Virus record (IMG/VR): IMGVR_UViG_3300037471_000630
Coordinates: 2,242 to 66,241 of that record
Source: a virus
DNA: 64,000 nt
Direction: 5' to 3' (one strand)
In this document: one piece after another, positions 63,134 to 64,000 of the stretch
Layout of the letters: each line of letters opens with the position of its first letter
Numbering within the stretch: position 1 is the stretch's first letter
Made by a program: the position numbers and the translations under genes
Notes under the pieces: model-generated
Told to the model about the DNA's origin: nothing
The model's database searches: none
The model's input: the letters and a program-made list of their open reading frames with translations, nothing else

Positions 63134-63195
63134 ATCGGCCATTCTGGCGCGGCTTCTGGGACGGGCTGGGGCTCGGGCCGCTCTGGCGGCGGGGC

Positions 63196-63225
63196 TTGAC
63201 TTCTGGCTCAGCAGTCAGGCAAAAT
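63196..63225 (+). promoter_or_regulatory. Putative late promoter (PR'-like)
   Basis: TTGACT-18-CAAAAT downstream of the Q-like gene. Confidence 0.55.
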
Positions 63226-63441
63226 CGCGGCCCAAGACCGCGCACCACCTCCAAAGAACGCGGGCGACACTGATCGCAAGGGCCCACGCCTCACCCCGCC
63301 GGCACGCGAACGCCGGAGACAGTCGGGGCGAAGCCATTCCCGAATTCATGGACCCCGGCATTGACCGATGGGCCGATGGGAGCCAGACACCCAACGCCGC
63401 AGCGGCAACTACCCTGCGGCAAAGCTGGCAGCAACCATCTC

Positions 63442-63470
63442 AGGCCCGCCACGTGCGGGCCTTGTCGTTT
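63442..63470 (+). terminator. tR'-like terminator
   Basis: AGGCCCGC-CACGT-GCGGGCCT-TGTCGTTT. Confidence 0.6.
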
Positions 63471-63494
63471 CCAGCGGCTGTGCCGCTGCCCAGT

Positions 63495-63635
63495 TTCGGT
63501 GAACGCGCAGGCTGATGCGCGAGATGGCTGCACACAGTTGCCGACAAGGCGAATCGGTCTAAGTCGCGACCGGGATTTGGTGCAGATTCGGGGTGAGACG
63601 CAGCCCCAAGCCGGAGATCAGCACCGGCCACCGAA
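63495..63635 (+). ncRNA. tRNA-shaped structured RNA with kissing loops
   Basis: Closing stem TTCGGTG/CACCGAA; hairpins CGCGCA-GGCTGA-TGCGCG and GCCGG-AGATCAGCA-CCGGC; central stem GGCTGC/GCAGCC. Confidence 0.55.
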
Positions 63636-64000
63636 TCGAGTTGTGAGGCGCGGTCAGCCTCCAGAGGGCGCGAACGGCAGGACGTCTCAGACGCCAATGC
63701 CACGCGACATGGCCCGAGCCAGCCTATCCCGCAGCCGGTGAGAGCCCGGCCCCATTTCGCGCCAGAGCGGCGCAACCCCAAGCCGGGCGCAGGCCTCTCC
63801 CATCCATAGATGCTCGCGTAGCACCTCCGGGGCCTTTGTCGCCCGCGCCCTACACCCCCACCTGTGCGCGCTGCCCGGCGTGACCGCCCGGGGCAAAGAG
63901 GCGGATCCTCCATAGCCACGGCGCCGCAGGGCTGGTACGGCGCGAGAACCGCAGCACCCCAGCCGGGGCAGTTCAAGCCCGGTAGGTCGGATGGGGAGCC

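Noticed and set aside
63230-64000. Canonical tRNA genes
   Set aside because: No element with a proper GTTCRA T-loop, 7-nt anticodon loop and acceptor stem could be built by eye.
1-64000. Integrated prophage with host flanks, or a gene transfer agent
   Set aside because: No host housekeeping genes, and the att region is internal with phage genes on both sides. Replication, immunity and integrase modules show a true phage despite the GTA-like tail tip.

Overview
The whole window is one GC-rich temperate tailed phage with a long non-contractile tail and a GTA-like tail tip; the host is probably a betaproteobacterium (inference). No host genes are present. The window starts inside terL and ends in the late leader, so probably little more than terS and the 5' part of terL is missing. 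The integrase sits beside an apparently intact attP with two IHF boxes, which suggests the free or excised form. Gene order: head (terL, portal, MuF, scaffold, capsid), neck and tail, tail tip and fibres, a convergent acyltransferase-3 moron, lysis, a post-lysis nucleotide-enzyme cassette, a ligase-like moron block, attP/int/xis, the leftward early operon (with a TnpB element, methylase, YqaJ/RecT), the cI/cro switch, replication, a nin-like region, a Q-like gene, and a structured non-coding late leader. Most notable: (1) a DUF2163 baseplate hub fused to a beta-helix and a GH12 glycosidase, with a surface O-acyltransferase nearby; (2) a MuF head protein ending in an R-S-E ADP-ribosyltransferase, plus a candidate immunity ORF; (3) a TnpA-less TnpB with a rearranged RuvC-II site that appears inserted in frame into an early gene; (4) a tRNA-shaped RNA with complementary kissing loops in the late leader; (5) three C-GGAU-G hairpins before the scaffold gene; (6) a proteasome-beta-like Ntn hydrolase and an S4-like protein among the head genes. 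All family assignments come from motif recognition and synteny by eye, not database searches.
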